64,000 nucleotides of DNA, taken from an uncultured Saprospiraceae bacterium. Lineage in GTDB: Bacteria; Bacteroidota; Bacteroidia; Chitinophagales; Saprospiraceae. The notes beneath the pieces are model-generated. The model saw only the letters and a list, made by a program, of their open reading frames with translations. It ran no database searches and was not told where the DNA came from. The stretch covers positions 43,738-107,737 of the forward strand of contig CAZNLJ010000015.1 of assembly GCA_964573725.1 (NCBI GenBank), read 5' to 3'. Shown one piece after another: positions 38,514 to 47,643 of this stretch (positions are counted from its first letter, which is position 1; each line of letters opens with the position of its first letter). A program made the translations under genes and the position numbers.

Positions 38514-39434
38514 TCACGGATGCTTGATGGTGATGTCTCCGAAGGAAATTTTGACGGAGATGTTCGATTGACCCATCCGGGTCGAAAAAACCGCCTTCTT
38601 AAGCTGGTCCGTATTTTCCAGGAAATTGAATTTCAGGTTCTGCGGAACAGAGATATTGCCATAATGTGCCAGCAAGGTATAGCCGGATGCCCCCGGCTGC
38701 GGGTCGAAGAAATAGACGTCCGCCTTTTCCCCCTCGACATGCATGCGCAACAGGTCCGCCGCGGTATTGGTGAAGATCTTGGTGATGCCGTACTGGGTGA
38801 ACAGGTCCCAGGTTCCCTTGATGTCATGGAAAGTCAGGTCGGAACGCCGGGCCCGGACAGTGACCGTCCCGTCGATGTTACGACCGGTGACATCCCCGAA
38901 GCGGGTCTCCAATCCGACGACGCCGCGGAGGTTCTCGAGCCGGACCTGGGAGAACTCCGATTGGATCCGCAAGCGGTTCTCCAGGTCGTTGACCTGGGTG
39001 ATGCCGAAGTTGTTCTTCAGGTAGACCGGGCAATCGGCCGGAAGGGTGACGGTGTAGACGGCTTTCCGTTCCACCGCTTCGGCAAGCCCGGAGCTGGGCC
39101 GGAAGTAATTCCGGAAATACAGTTTGTCACCGTGGCGGGTGGCGGAAAATTCCATGTCATCCAGGGCTTTGCGGGCGGTTTCCCGATCCGGGTGCCGGGC
39201 GACCAACTCCACCGACACCTTCACCTCCCGGCGGGACCAGCTCTCCACGTAGATTTCCGCTTTTTCCCCTTCTATGTTGAGCTCATTGCCCGCATCGTAG
39301 GGAATGGTTTTCTCGATGGTCCGGGTCACCACCTGGAAAGTGGTCTGGCCCTGGATGTGGAAGGCCATCAGCATCCAGCAGATGGTTCCGCATGTGATCA
39401 GGTACTGTATCATGCGTCGATAGGGTTTTGGCAT
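38514..39434 (-). CDS. DUF4097-like beta-strand repeat protein (putative adhesin-type), third gene of the ECF module
   Basis: N-terminal TM/signal anchor. Repeated short beta-strand units (G.I.V....G.V). Directly downstream of the anti-sigma gene. Confidence 0.55.
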   Translation of the reverse strand: MPKPYRRMIQYLITCGTICWMLMAFHIQGQTTFQVVTRTIEKTIPYDAGNELNIEGEKAEIYVESWSRREVKVSVELVARHPDRETARKALDDMEFSATRHGDKLYFRNYFRPSSGLAEAVERKAVYTVTLPADCPVYLKNNFGITQVNDLENRLRIQSEFSQVRLENLRGVVGLETRFGDVTGRNIDGTVTVRARRSDLTFHDIKGTWDLFTQYGITKIFTNTAADLLRMHVEGEKADVYFFDPQPGASGYTLLAHYGNISVPQNLKFNFLENTDQLKKAVFSTRMGQSNISVKISFGDITIKHP

Positions 39435-39476
39435 CCGTCGCCCGAGGTCGGAGACCGGCGGGCGCAGATGAGCCGG

Positions 39477-40073
39477 TCAGATGAGCATCGCCATCATTTT
39501 CTTCAGGATGCCGGTACGTTCCAATTCAATCACCTTGATTTGGCGGATGAGGTCGGCGGACTGTCCGTAGGTGCCGAGCGCCTGCTGGAGTTCGTCCCTG
39601 GCCATGGCGAGCTCCGCCAATTCCGCTTGCAGCTGTTGGAAAACGGGTTGTCCGCAAACGTAGCTGCGATGCGCGCACAGGGTATCGAAGGCATCGAAAG
39701 CCGCGTCGTCCGCCAGCCAGTCGCGTGCCAGCAGGCGCGGGTCCACCGTCGTTTGCGAATAAGCGATCCGGTCGGTATCCGGAACGATGGCCGATGGCAG
39801 GCGGAACAGGTATCCGGCGGCGGACAAGACCGCCAGCACAGCGGCGGCGGCGGTCCACCGGCGCACCGGAAGCCGCACCGCCCGGTGTTCCTCCCCCTCC
39901 AATTGCCGCCGGACATTCTCCCAGACCCGGGCGGGCGGGTCGTGCCGGGGCAGGTCCGACCAGGGACCGGCCGCCAAGCGGGCCTGGATCCCGGTCCACG
40001 TCGCATCCGGGGGATCCCGCTGCGGGAGGGCCGCCAGGGATCGACGTAAGGTGTCCTTGTTCAATTCCTGCAT
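39477..40073 (-). CDS. Anti-sigma factor (single-pass membrane)
   Basis: Starts 9 nt after the ECF sigma stop. Has an N-terminal cytoplasmic segment, one TM (AAAAVLAVLSAAGYLF) and a C-terminal extracytoplasmic helical domain. Confidence 0.6.
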   Translation of the reverse strand: MQELNKDTLRRSLAALPQRDPPDATWTGIQARLAAGPWSDLPRHDPPARVWENVRRQLEGEEHRAVRLPVRRWTAAAAVLAVLSAAGYLFRLPSAIVPDTDRIAYSQTTVDPRLLARDWLADDAAFDAFDTLCAHRSYVCGQPVFQQLQAELAELAMARDELQQALGTYGQSADLIRQIKVIELERTGILKKMMAMLI

Positions 40074-40082
40074 GGTATCCGT

Positions 40083-40634
40083 TTATCGGCGGCCATCATC
40101 GGCGAGGTCGGACAATACCGACCGCAACCGTTGCTTGGCATGAAAAAGCTGCGACTTGGACGTCCCTTCCGTGATGCCCAGCAGCGTACCGACTTCCTTG
40201 TGGGTGTAGCCTTCTATTTCCGTCAACGTGAAAACCATCCGGTATCCGTCCGGCAAGGCGGCGATCGCCTGCTCCAGGTATTCCGCGTCCAGGTCGTGCC
40301 CCCAATCGACGGTGCCGACCGACGGTGCCTGTCCCAGGTCTTCCGTAAACAACCTTTTTTTCTTCAGTTGGTTGTAAGCCGTCCGCACGACGATGGTCTT
40401 GATCCAGGCACCCAGGGTGGCATCCCCCCGGTATCCGGACAAGCCCCGGAACACTTTCACAAACGCTTCCTGCAAGACGTCCTCCGCATCCTCGAAGTTG
40501 CCCATGATCCGGTAGGACAGGGTATACATCGCCCGCTTGTATCGTTCGTACAAGCGGAACTGTGCAGCCGGGTCGTTCCGGAGGCAGGCCTGGACAAGAA
40601 AAGCTTCGGTATGGTAGGGATCCGGATGTATCAT
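40083..40634 (-). CDS. RNA polymerase ECF-type sigma-70 factor
   Basis: Region 2 (DAEDVLQEAFVKVF) and region 4 (GYTHKEVGTLLGITEGTSKSQL). Start placed at MIHPDPY; the ORF extends to 40697. Confidence 0.85.
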   Translation of the reverse strand: MIHPDPYHTEAFLVQACLRNDPAAQFRLYERYKRAMYTLSYRIMGNFEDAEDVLQEAFVKVFRGLSGYRGDATLGAWIKTIVVRTAYNQLKKKRLFTEDLGQAPSVGTVDWGHDLDAEYLEQAIAALPDGYRMVFTLTEIEGYTHKEVGTLLGITEGTSKSQLFHAKQRLRSVLSDLADDGRR

Positions 40635-40791
40635 TTGCAAGACAGGAACGTCGGAATATACCCTCATCGGTAGAAAGGAGGACCGATGCTTATGCAAAAA
40701 AGAGCGTCCTGGCCGGCAAATGGTTGGGTCGATCTCTTTTTTTTCAGAAATTCACCCCAAAAGGGATTCATCATCCCGACCTGTGCGCGCT

Positions 40792-41409
40792 ATGCAGAAA
40801 GATTTTCCGTTTGCGTCCGGAATGGGCGCGGTCATCCTGGCGGCCGGAAGTTCCAGCCGGATGGGCCGTTGCAAGCAGCTCCTCCGGATCGGGGAGGAAA
40901 CCCTGGTGGAGGCCATCGTGCGGAAGGTGGCGGCCGCAGGCTATGCACCGGTGGTCGTGGTGATAGGAGCCTACGCGGAACAGCTGTCGCCCGTATTGGC
41001 CCCGCTCGGGGTGGAAGCGGTGTTCAACCCGGACTGGGCGGCCGGTATGGGAGGCAGCATAGCCGTCGGCGTGGGCAGGTTGCGGTCGGTCGCACCGGCA
41101 TGCACCGGCGCCCTCGTCACCTTGTCCGACCAGCCCTTGCTGACCACGGCCCTCCTGCGGACCTTGCACGAGCTCGCCGCGCCGGCACCCGATGCCATCT
41201 CCGCCTGCCGGTACGGCGGATTCCCGGGGCCGCCCGCCGTTTTCGGAAGGGAATGGTTCGATACCTTGTGCCAACTGTCCGGCCCCGCCGGTGCCCGGAA
41301 GCTGTTGCGCGAACAGCGACACCTGGTGCGATGCGTCCCTTTCGAGGACGGCGCGCTGGACCTCGACACCCCGGAGGCCTGGCAGGCTTTCTTGGATCGG
41401 AAAGAGTAG
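40792..41409 (+). CDS. MobA/MocA-like nucleotidyltransferase (NTP_transf_3)
   Basis: AVILAAGSSSRMGRCKQLL glycine-rich NTP-binding N-terminus, about 200 aa. Confidence 0.75.
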   Translation: MQKDFPFASGMGAVILAAGSSSRMGRCKQLLRIGEETLVEAIVRKVAAAGYAPVVVVIGAYAEQLSPVLAPLGVEAVFNPDWAAGMGGSIAVGVGRLRSVAPACTGALVTLSDQPLLTTALLRTLHELAAPAPDAISACRYGGFPGPPAVFGREWFDTLCQLSGPAGARKLLREQRHLVRCVPFEDGALDLDTPEAWQAFLDRKE

Positions 41410-41432
41410 GCAAGAACGGAGAGACGGACGGG

Positions 41433-42068
41433 TCAGATGGTCTCCAACACGGCACGGGCCATCATCCCTTCCACGGAACGGACCTTCAGCGGCAGGCAGA
41501 TCAGCTTGTAGATGTTCGGCTCGACGAAGCGGAGATCCAAACCCTCGAGAATGACCACTTCCGACCGCAACAATTCCACATGCGTATCGAAGGGATCGTG
41601 AAAACGCTGGATGGAAAGATAATCGATACCGACAAGCCGGATTTTCTGTTCGACGACCCACTCGGCGGCATCGAGGGTCAGGGCGCAGAAATCGTGGTGG
41701 AAAGGGTGGGTGGGCTGCGCCCAAAGGCGGGAATTATCCGTCTTGAACAGCAGTTTGTCCACATGGGGAAAAATTCCGGCCTCCACGAGGTCCTCGGCGG
41801 AGATATGCCGTTTGCCGCGCATATCCAGGACCTGGCAGGTTCCGACCAGCGTTTCCAGGGGAATCTCCTCCGTGGTCTTTCCCCCGTCGATGAAATGGAG
41901 GGGGGCGTCGATGTGGGTACCCGTGTGACTGCCGGTATACAAGCCGGTGATGTTGGCGATGTCCCCGTCCGAAAGACGGGCCAATTGCCGGACCTCCAGC
42001 GGCTCGCTGTCCGGCCAGAGGGGCATGCCCGGTTGGATGGGCACGGAAATATCAATCAGCTTCGGCAT
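41433..42068 (-). CDS. kynB: Cyclase-family protein / kynurenine formamidase-like
   Basis: HTGTHIDAPLHF metal-binding motif and ~210-aa length typical of the arylformamidase/cyclase family. The symbol is tentative. Confidence 0.7.
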   Translation of the reverse strand: MPKLIDISVPIQPGMPLWPDSEPLEVRQLARLSDGDIANITGLYTGSHTGTHIDAPLHFIDGGKTTEEIPLETLVGTCQVLDMRGKRHISAEDLVEAGIFPHVDKLLFKTDNSRLWAQPTHPFHHDFCALTLDAAEWVVEQKIRLVGIDYLSIQRFHDPFDTHVELLRSEVVILEGLDLRFVEPNIYKLICLPLKVRSVEGMMARAVLETI

Positions 42069-42319
42069 GGCGTTGAGGCGGTGTGGTTCGATTCCGCAGG
42101 TACAAAAATAAGTAACGGCCAGGCAATACTTTCAAAACGCCACATATATTTTTTTTATCTGTTGCTTAAATTCGCCGGTAAGTCGGCCGGTTGGGGACCG
42201 CGTTGCCAGTTGGGTGGGAAATGTGCTAATTTGGCCGCCGGCACAGGCGCCTACCCATCCGTCCGGCGGATCGGCAGGCAGCTGTGTACACCCGGCATAC
42301 CAAACACCATCCGTAACCT

Positions 42320-43825
42320 ATGGGCGTTGTCAAGCGGCAAGGTATCCGGCAGAGCATCGTCACCTACATCGGTGTGGCGCTGGGTGCCGTCAATACACTT
42401 TGGGTTTATCCGGCTTTCCTGGCGAAGGAGGAAATCGGCATCATCAATTATGTACGGGAGTCCGCCAACCTCCTGACCCTGCTGACCTTCTTGGGAAGTT
42501 CGGAGCTCATCATCCGTTTTTTCCCTTACTTCCGGAACGAGCAGGAACGCCACCACGGCTTCCTGTTCCTGTTGACGGCCATCCTGACGGTCGGCAATCT
42601 CCTGCTGCTGGGAACTTACCTGCTGGCCCGCGAGCCCTTGGCCTTGTACTTCGGGGCAAAAGACCAATCGGAGCTTTACCTGGCCTACCTATGGGTGATT
42701 CCGGCGCTGACCCTGGTCACTTCCTTTGGCAACCTTTTCACAGGATACGCCTCCAATTTCCATCGGATCGTCGTCCCGTCCGCCATCAACGAATTCCTGC
42801 CCAAGATCGGGATCCCTTTACTGGTGGTCGCCTACCAGTTCCAATTGCTCGGGCTGGACGGTTTGTTCCGGGGCATCCTGGCGGTGTATCTCGGCATCGC
42901 CCTTTTGCAGGCCGGATACCTGCATTCCCTCGGCCAGTTGCATTTCCGCCCGGACCGCCGCCTGCTCGACCGGAACACGATCAGCGAGATGGGCCGCTAC
43001 ATGCTGTTCGGGTTCCTCGGCGGACTGGGCAGCCGGCTCTCCTCCGAAATCATCAACATCGTGATGGTAGGCACGATGACCACCTTGCGGAGTACGGGGG
43101 TTTTTGTCATCGCCTATTTCATCAGCAACATCGTCGACGTTCCGCGCAAGGCCATCTCCAAGATCAGTGCGCCCCTGCTTGCGGAAAAGTGGAAACAAGG
43201 CGACCTGGCGGAGATCGCCGTCCTTTACCGCAAATCAAGCCTCAACCAGCTGATTGCCGGAGTCGGGGTTTTCCTGGCCATCTGGATCGGCATCGACCCG
43301 TTGTACGCCATCATGCCCAACGGCGAAAGCTATTCGGCCGGCAAAGCGGTCGTCGGCTTGCTGGGTATCGCCCGGCTACTGGACATGGCCACCGGTGTCA
43401 ACAGTGAGATCATCAGCTATTCCAGCCATTACCGGTACAACCTGTATTTCATCGGCATGACCTCCGTCATCCATGTGACGGCGAACCTATGGCTGGTACC
43501 CGCCCTCGGCATCACCGGGGTCGGCGTGGCCACCATCCTGTCCCTGGCCTTCTTCAACCTGGCCAAGCTGGTGCTCATCCGCGTCAAGTTCGGCATGCAG
43601 CCGTTTGACTGGCGGACACTTGCCGTACTTGGGCTCTCCGCGGCCGCCTATTTGCCGGCCTCGCTGGTCCCGGGCACCGGGCTGCCCTTCGCCGACCTGC
43701 TTCTCCGCTCCGGAGGATTCGCCCTGCTCTTCGGCCTGGGACTGCTCGGTTTCCGGGTTTCCCCGGACATCAACGAACTCGCCGCCGGACTGTGGGATCG
43801 GATCGCCGGGCGCCGGGGCGGATGA
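42320..43825 (+). CDS. Oligosaccharide/polysaccharide flippase (MOP/Wzx-like) family membrane protein
   Basis: About 12-14 hydrophobic segments. The N-terminus (GIRQSIVTYIGVALGAVNTLWVYP) is typical of Bacteroidota polysaccharide biosynthesis proteins. Confidence 0.7.
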   Translation: MGVVKRQGIRQSIVTYIGVALGAVNTLWVYPAFLAKEEIGIINYVRESANLLTLLTFLGSSELIIRFFPYFRNEQERHHGFLFLLTAILTVGNLLLLGTYLLAREPLALYFGAKDQSELYLAYLWVIPALTLVTSFGNLFTGYASNFHRIVVPSAINEFLPKIGIPLLVVAYQFQLLGLDGLFRGILAVYLGIALLQAGYLHSLGQLHFRPDRRLLDRNTISEMGRYMLFGFLGGLGSRLSSEIINIVMVGTMTTLRSTGVFVIAYFISNIVDVPRKAISKISAPLLAEKWKQGDLAEIAVLYRKSSLNQLIAGVGVFLAIWIGIDPLYAIMPNGESYSAGKAVVGLLGIARLLDMATGVNSEIISYSSHYRYNLYFIGMTSVIHVTANLWLVPALGITGVGVATILSLAFFNLAKLVLIRVKFGMQPFDWRTLAVLGLSAAAYLPASLVPGTGLPFADLLLRSGGFALLFGLGLLGFRVSPDINELAAGLWDRIAGRRGG

Positions 43826-43998
43826 CCGTTGCGGTATTTCCGGGACGGAACGTCGGGGTTCCGGGCAATCGATTTACGAAAAATACGTTAACATTGCAGC
43901 CGGAAACGGCCGGGCCGCCCATCCGCCGGCGACACCCGGGGAAACCCGCCGGTAAGATTCCTCCAAACCATTCATTTTCATACTAAAACAATTTTTTC

Positions 43999-44637
43999 AT
44001 GAAAAAAGTAAGTATTTCCCTTGTCGCAGGCATCCTCGTCGGGCTTGTACTCGGGGCAGCTTCACTTAACGCACAGACCATGGATACGTACACGCCACCC
44101 ATCGCAACTAATCCGGCCAATCCGAAAGTGTTCTTTGATATCAGCATCGGCGGACAGGCAGCCGGAAGGATTGTTTTCGAGCTGTTCCAGGACGCCGTCC
44201 CGCAAACGGCCGAAAATTTCCGGGCGCTCTGCACCGGGGAGAAAGGAACCGGCAAATCCGGCAAACCGCTCCACTTCAAAGGCAGCGCCTTCCACCGGAT
44301 CATCCCGCAGTTCATGTGCCAGGGAGGTGACTTTACCAACGGCAACGGCACCGGCGGGGAATCCATCTACGGCGCCCGTTTCAACGACGAATCCTTCGTC
44401 GGCAAGGCGGGGATCCATGCCGGCCCGGGCATCCTTTCCATGGCCAATGCGGGTCCGAACACCAACGGCTCCCAATTCTTCATCTGCACCGTCCAAACCC
44501 CTTGGCTGAACGGCAAGCACGTCGTCTTCGGACAAGTACTGGAAGGCTATGAGGTGGTCCGGAAAATGGAGGCCGTCGGCAGCCGTAGCGGCGCCACCGC
44601 CCAACGGGTCGTCATCGAAGACAGCGGCGCGCTCTGA
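43999..44637 (+). CDS. Cyclophilin-type peptidyl-prolyl cis-trans isomerase, eukaryote-like, with signal peptide
   Basis: Signal peptide [26 protein letters not shown]. Core motifs [42 protein letters not shown] and [23 protein letters not shown]. Confidence 0.92.
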   Translation: MKKVSISLVAGILVGLVLGAASLNAQTMDTYTPPIATNPANPKVFFDISIGGQAAGRIVFELFQDAVPQTAENFRALCTGEKGTGKSGKPLHFKGSAFHRIIPQFMCQGGDFTNGNGTGGESIYGARFNDESFVGKAGIHAGPGILSMANAGPNTNGSQFFICTVQTPWLNGKHVVFGQVLEGYEVVRKMEAVGSRSGATAQRVVIEDSGAL

Positions 44638-44654
44638 TACGAAGCGCACTCCGC

Positions 44655-44695
44655 AAAAAAGGAATGTCGGTCCCTGCCGACGTTCCTTTTTTTTT
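44655..44695 (+). terminator. Intrinsic terminator of the cyclophilin gene
   Basis: AGGAATGTCGG-tccct-CCGACGTTCCT hairpin flanked by A6 and T9. Confidence 0.75.
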
Positions 44696-44853
44696 GTCCG
44701 ATCCCCGCGCTTTCCGTACGCTCCGGCAACCTAGGCAAGCGGATCCTCCTTCCGGCTTGATTTTTCTTTCTCCGGGTCCTGATAATAATCACCCCGCCCC
44801 GTCCGGTGCGGAAATAGTTTTGCCGCACAAACAAGACACCACCCACCGTTATC

Positions 44854-47568
44854 ATGGTACACCAACTCGACAAGATCTTCCAGCCGGCCAGCATCGCCGT
44901 CATCGGTGCCTCCACCAAGGAAAATTCCGTGGGGCACTCCCTCTTCCGGAACCTGCTTTCCGCCGGTTACAGCGGCAACCTCTACCCGATCCACCCGAAA
45001 GCGGGCGAAATCCTGGGCAAGAAAGCCTATCCCCACATCGAGGCCGTACCGGAGCCGGTCGACCTGGCGGTATTGGTCTTGCCCGCACCGGTCGTACCCG
45101 AAGTGGCGGAGGCCTGCGGCCGGGCCGGCGTCGGGGGACTGGTCATCATCTCGGCGGGCTTCGTGGAAGCCGGTCAGGAAGGGGAAGCCCTGGTAACCCG
45201 CATCCTGGAGACCGGCCGCCGGTACGGCATGCGGATCATCGGCCCCAACTGCCTCGGCATCATCAATCCCGGCCTGAAGATGAACGCCACCTTTGCCAAC
45301 CGCATGGCCTTGCCGGGAAACATCGCCTTCATTTCCCAGAGCGGCGCCCTCTGTTCCTCCATCCTGGACTGGGCCTGCGAGCAACATGTCGGCTTCAGCC
45401 ATTTCGTCTCCATCGGTTCCATGGTGGACATCGGGTTTGCCGAGCTGATCGATTACTTCGGCATGGACCCGGACACGGATTCCATCCTGATCTACATGGA
45501 ATCGCTGACCGATGCCCGGAAATTCATGAGTGCCGCCCGGGCTTTCGCCCGCTCCAAACCCATCATCATCCTGAAAGCCGGCAAGAGCCAGGAAGGCGGC
45601 AAAGCCGCCTTGTCCCATACCGGCACGTTGGCCGGAAACGACGCCGCTTTCGATGCGGCCTTCCAACGGGCAGGTTGCATCCGGGTCGAGACCATCTCCC
45701 AACTGTTCGGCTGTGCCCAGGCATTGGCCATGCAACCCCGCCCCCGTGGCAACCGGCTGGCCATCGTCACCAATGCCGGAGGTCCGGGTGTCCTGGCCAC
45801 GGATTACCTGTCCACCCGTGGCGGCCGCCTGGCCCGCTTGTCGGACAAAAGCCTGGCCGCACTCGAAAAGGTCCTGCCGGCCGCCTGGAGCCATGGCAAC
45901 CCGGTCGATGTACTCGGGGACGCTTCCGCCGAAGCCTACCGCCAAGCCCTGGAGGTCTGCCTGGCGGATGACGGCGTCGACGGTATCCTCACCATCCTGA
46001 CCACCCAGACCGTGACCGATCCCACCGGTACCGCCGCCGCACTCGCCACCCTCGCCCGCCACAGCACAAAACCGCTCCTCGCCGCCTGGATGGGGGAACG
46101 CGATGTATGGGAGGCGCGGGAAATCCTGGAAACCGGCCAGGTGCCGAACTATCGCTATCCCGAGAGTGCCGTCGATGTGTTCCTGCAGATGTGGCAATAT
46201 TCCCGCAACCTGGAACTCCTGTACGAAACACCTCCGGAAGCCCCCAAACGATTCGTGCCCCGTCGGGACGAAGCTTGGCACATCATCCGCACGGCCCTGA
46301 CGGAAAACCGTCGGTACCTGCTGGAACACGAGGCCAAGGAACTCCTGTCCTGCTATGACCTGCCGACCGGACGGAACGGCCTGGCGCGCTCCCCCCGCGA
46401 AGCGGGGGAACTGGCCGACCGGCTGGGCTACCCCGTCGTCCTCAAGATCGTATCCCCGGATGCCCTGCACAAGACCGACGTCGGCGGTGTCCTGCTCCAG
46501 CTCCCGGACCGGCCGGCCGTGGAGTCCGGCTACCAGGAGATCGTCGGGCGCGTCCGGTCCCACCGCCCCGATGCCAATATCCTGGGAGTGCTCGTCGAGC
46601 GCATGTACAAGAAACGGTTCGAACTGCTGGTCGGCGCCAAGCGAGATCCCATCTTCGGGCCGCTGTTGGTCTTCGGACAAGGCGGGGTGGCCGTGGAAGT
46701 GATCCGGGATACCAACTTTGCGCTGCCCCCGCTCAATATGGCCCTGGCCAGGCACCTCCTCAGCGGCACCCGCATTTACGAACAACTCAAGGGTTTCCGT
46801 GGCATTCCACCGGTCGACCTCGAGGAACTGGCGTTCTACCTGGTCAAGTTCGCGTATGTGCTCATGGATTTCCCCGAAGTGGCGGAAATGGATATCAACC
46901 CCCTGCTGATGGACGAACATGGCGGCATCGTCCTCGATGCCAGGATCTTGCTCGACGATTTCCAACCCCGCCGAAAGGAAAGGCCCTTCCAGCACCTGGT
47001 CATTTCCCCTTATCCGGAAAAATATGCCCGCCGGCTCCCCCTCCAGGATGGCCGGGAGGTCCTCTTGCGGCCGATCCGCCCGGAGGACGAACCGATGGAG
47101 GCCGCCATGCTGAAGACCTTGTCGGACCAGTCCCTCTATTTCCGCTTCTTCGGGTACGTACCCAAACTCACCCACGACTTCCTGACCCGGATGACCCACA
47201 TCGATTACGACCGGGAAATGGCGCTGGTGGCGGAATTGGAGGAACAAGGCGAGAAAAGGATGATCGGCGTCACCCGCATCATTGCGGACGCCTGGGGAGA
47301 AACGGCGGAATTCGCCATCCTCGTCGCCGATCCCTGGCAACACATGGGACTCGGCAGCAGGATGTTCGACTACATGCTGGAAATTGCCAGGGACAAGGGA
47401 ATCCGGAAAATCGTCGCCTCCGTCCTGCGCTCCAATGCCCACATGATCACCATGTTCCGGAGCCGGGGCTTCGTGCTGGAACCGGAGGAGGACAATATCT
47501 ACAGCGCGTCCCTGGATTTGGAACATGCGATTCCTTTCGCGACGGGACTCCCCTTCCAAGCCTGGTGA
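44854..47568 (+). CDS. Bifunctional ADP-forming acetyl-CoA synthetase-like / GNAT protein acetyltransferase (Pat/PatZ-like)
   Basis: 904 aa. CoA-binding N-terminus (ASIAVIGAS), succinyl-CoA-synthetase-like and ATP-grasp domains, and a C-terminal GNAT domain (AILVADPWQHMGLGSRMFDYM). Confidence 0.85.
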   Translation: MVHQLDKIFQPASIAVIGASTKENSVGHSLFRNLLSAGYSGNLYPIHPKAGEILGKKAYPHIEAVPEPVDLAVLVLPAPVVPEVAEACGRAGVGGLVIISAGFVEAGQEGEALVTRILETGRRYGMRIIGPNCLGIINPGLKMNATFANRMALPGNIAFISQSGALCSSILDWACEQHVGFSHFVSIGSMVDIGFAELIDYFGMDPDTDSILIYMESLTDARKFMSAARAFARSKPIIILKAGKSQEGGKAALSHTGTLAGNDAAFDAAFQRAGCIRVETISQLFGCAQALAMQPRPRGNRLAIVTNAGGPGVLATDYLSTRGGRLARLSDKSLAALEKVLPAAWSHGNPVDVLGDASAEAYRQALEVCLADDGVDGILTILTTQTVTDPTGTAAALATLARHSTKPLLAAWMGERDVWEAREILETGQVPNYRYPESAVDVFLQMWQYSRNLELLYETPPEAPKRFVPRRDEAWHIIRTALTENRRYLLEHEAKELLSCYDLPTGRNGLARSPREAGELADRLGYPVVLKIVSPDALHKTDVGGVLLQLPDRPAVESGYQEIVGRVRSHRPDANILGVLVERMYKKRFELLVGAKRDPIFGPLLVFGQGGVAVEVIRDTNFALPPLNMALARHLLSGTRIYEQLKGFRGIPPVDLEELAFYLVKFAYVLMDFPEVAEMDINPLLMDEHGGIVLDARILLDDFQPRRKERPFQHLVISPYPEKYARRLPLQDGREVLLRPIRPEDEPMEAAMLKTLSDQSLYFRFFGYVPKLTHDFLTRMTHIDYDREMALVAELEEQGEKRMIGVTRIIADAWGETAEFAILVADPWQHMGLGSRMFDYMLEIARDKGIRKIVASVLRSNAHMITMFRSRGFVLEPEEDNIYSASLDLEHAIPFATGLPFQAW

Positions 47569-47643
47569 TCCGGCGGGTGGGTCACACCGGCCGGCCATGT
47601 AGGGGCCAGCTATCTCGGTCGAGGGCAGGCCGGCCGGATCCAT

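Noticed and set aside
42082-42098. tRNA-like T-arm TGTGG-TTCGATT-CCGCA.
   Set aside because: There is no complementary acceptor stem, D-arm or anticodon arm in the upstream 70 nt. The upstream part would lie within the kynB-like CDS start.
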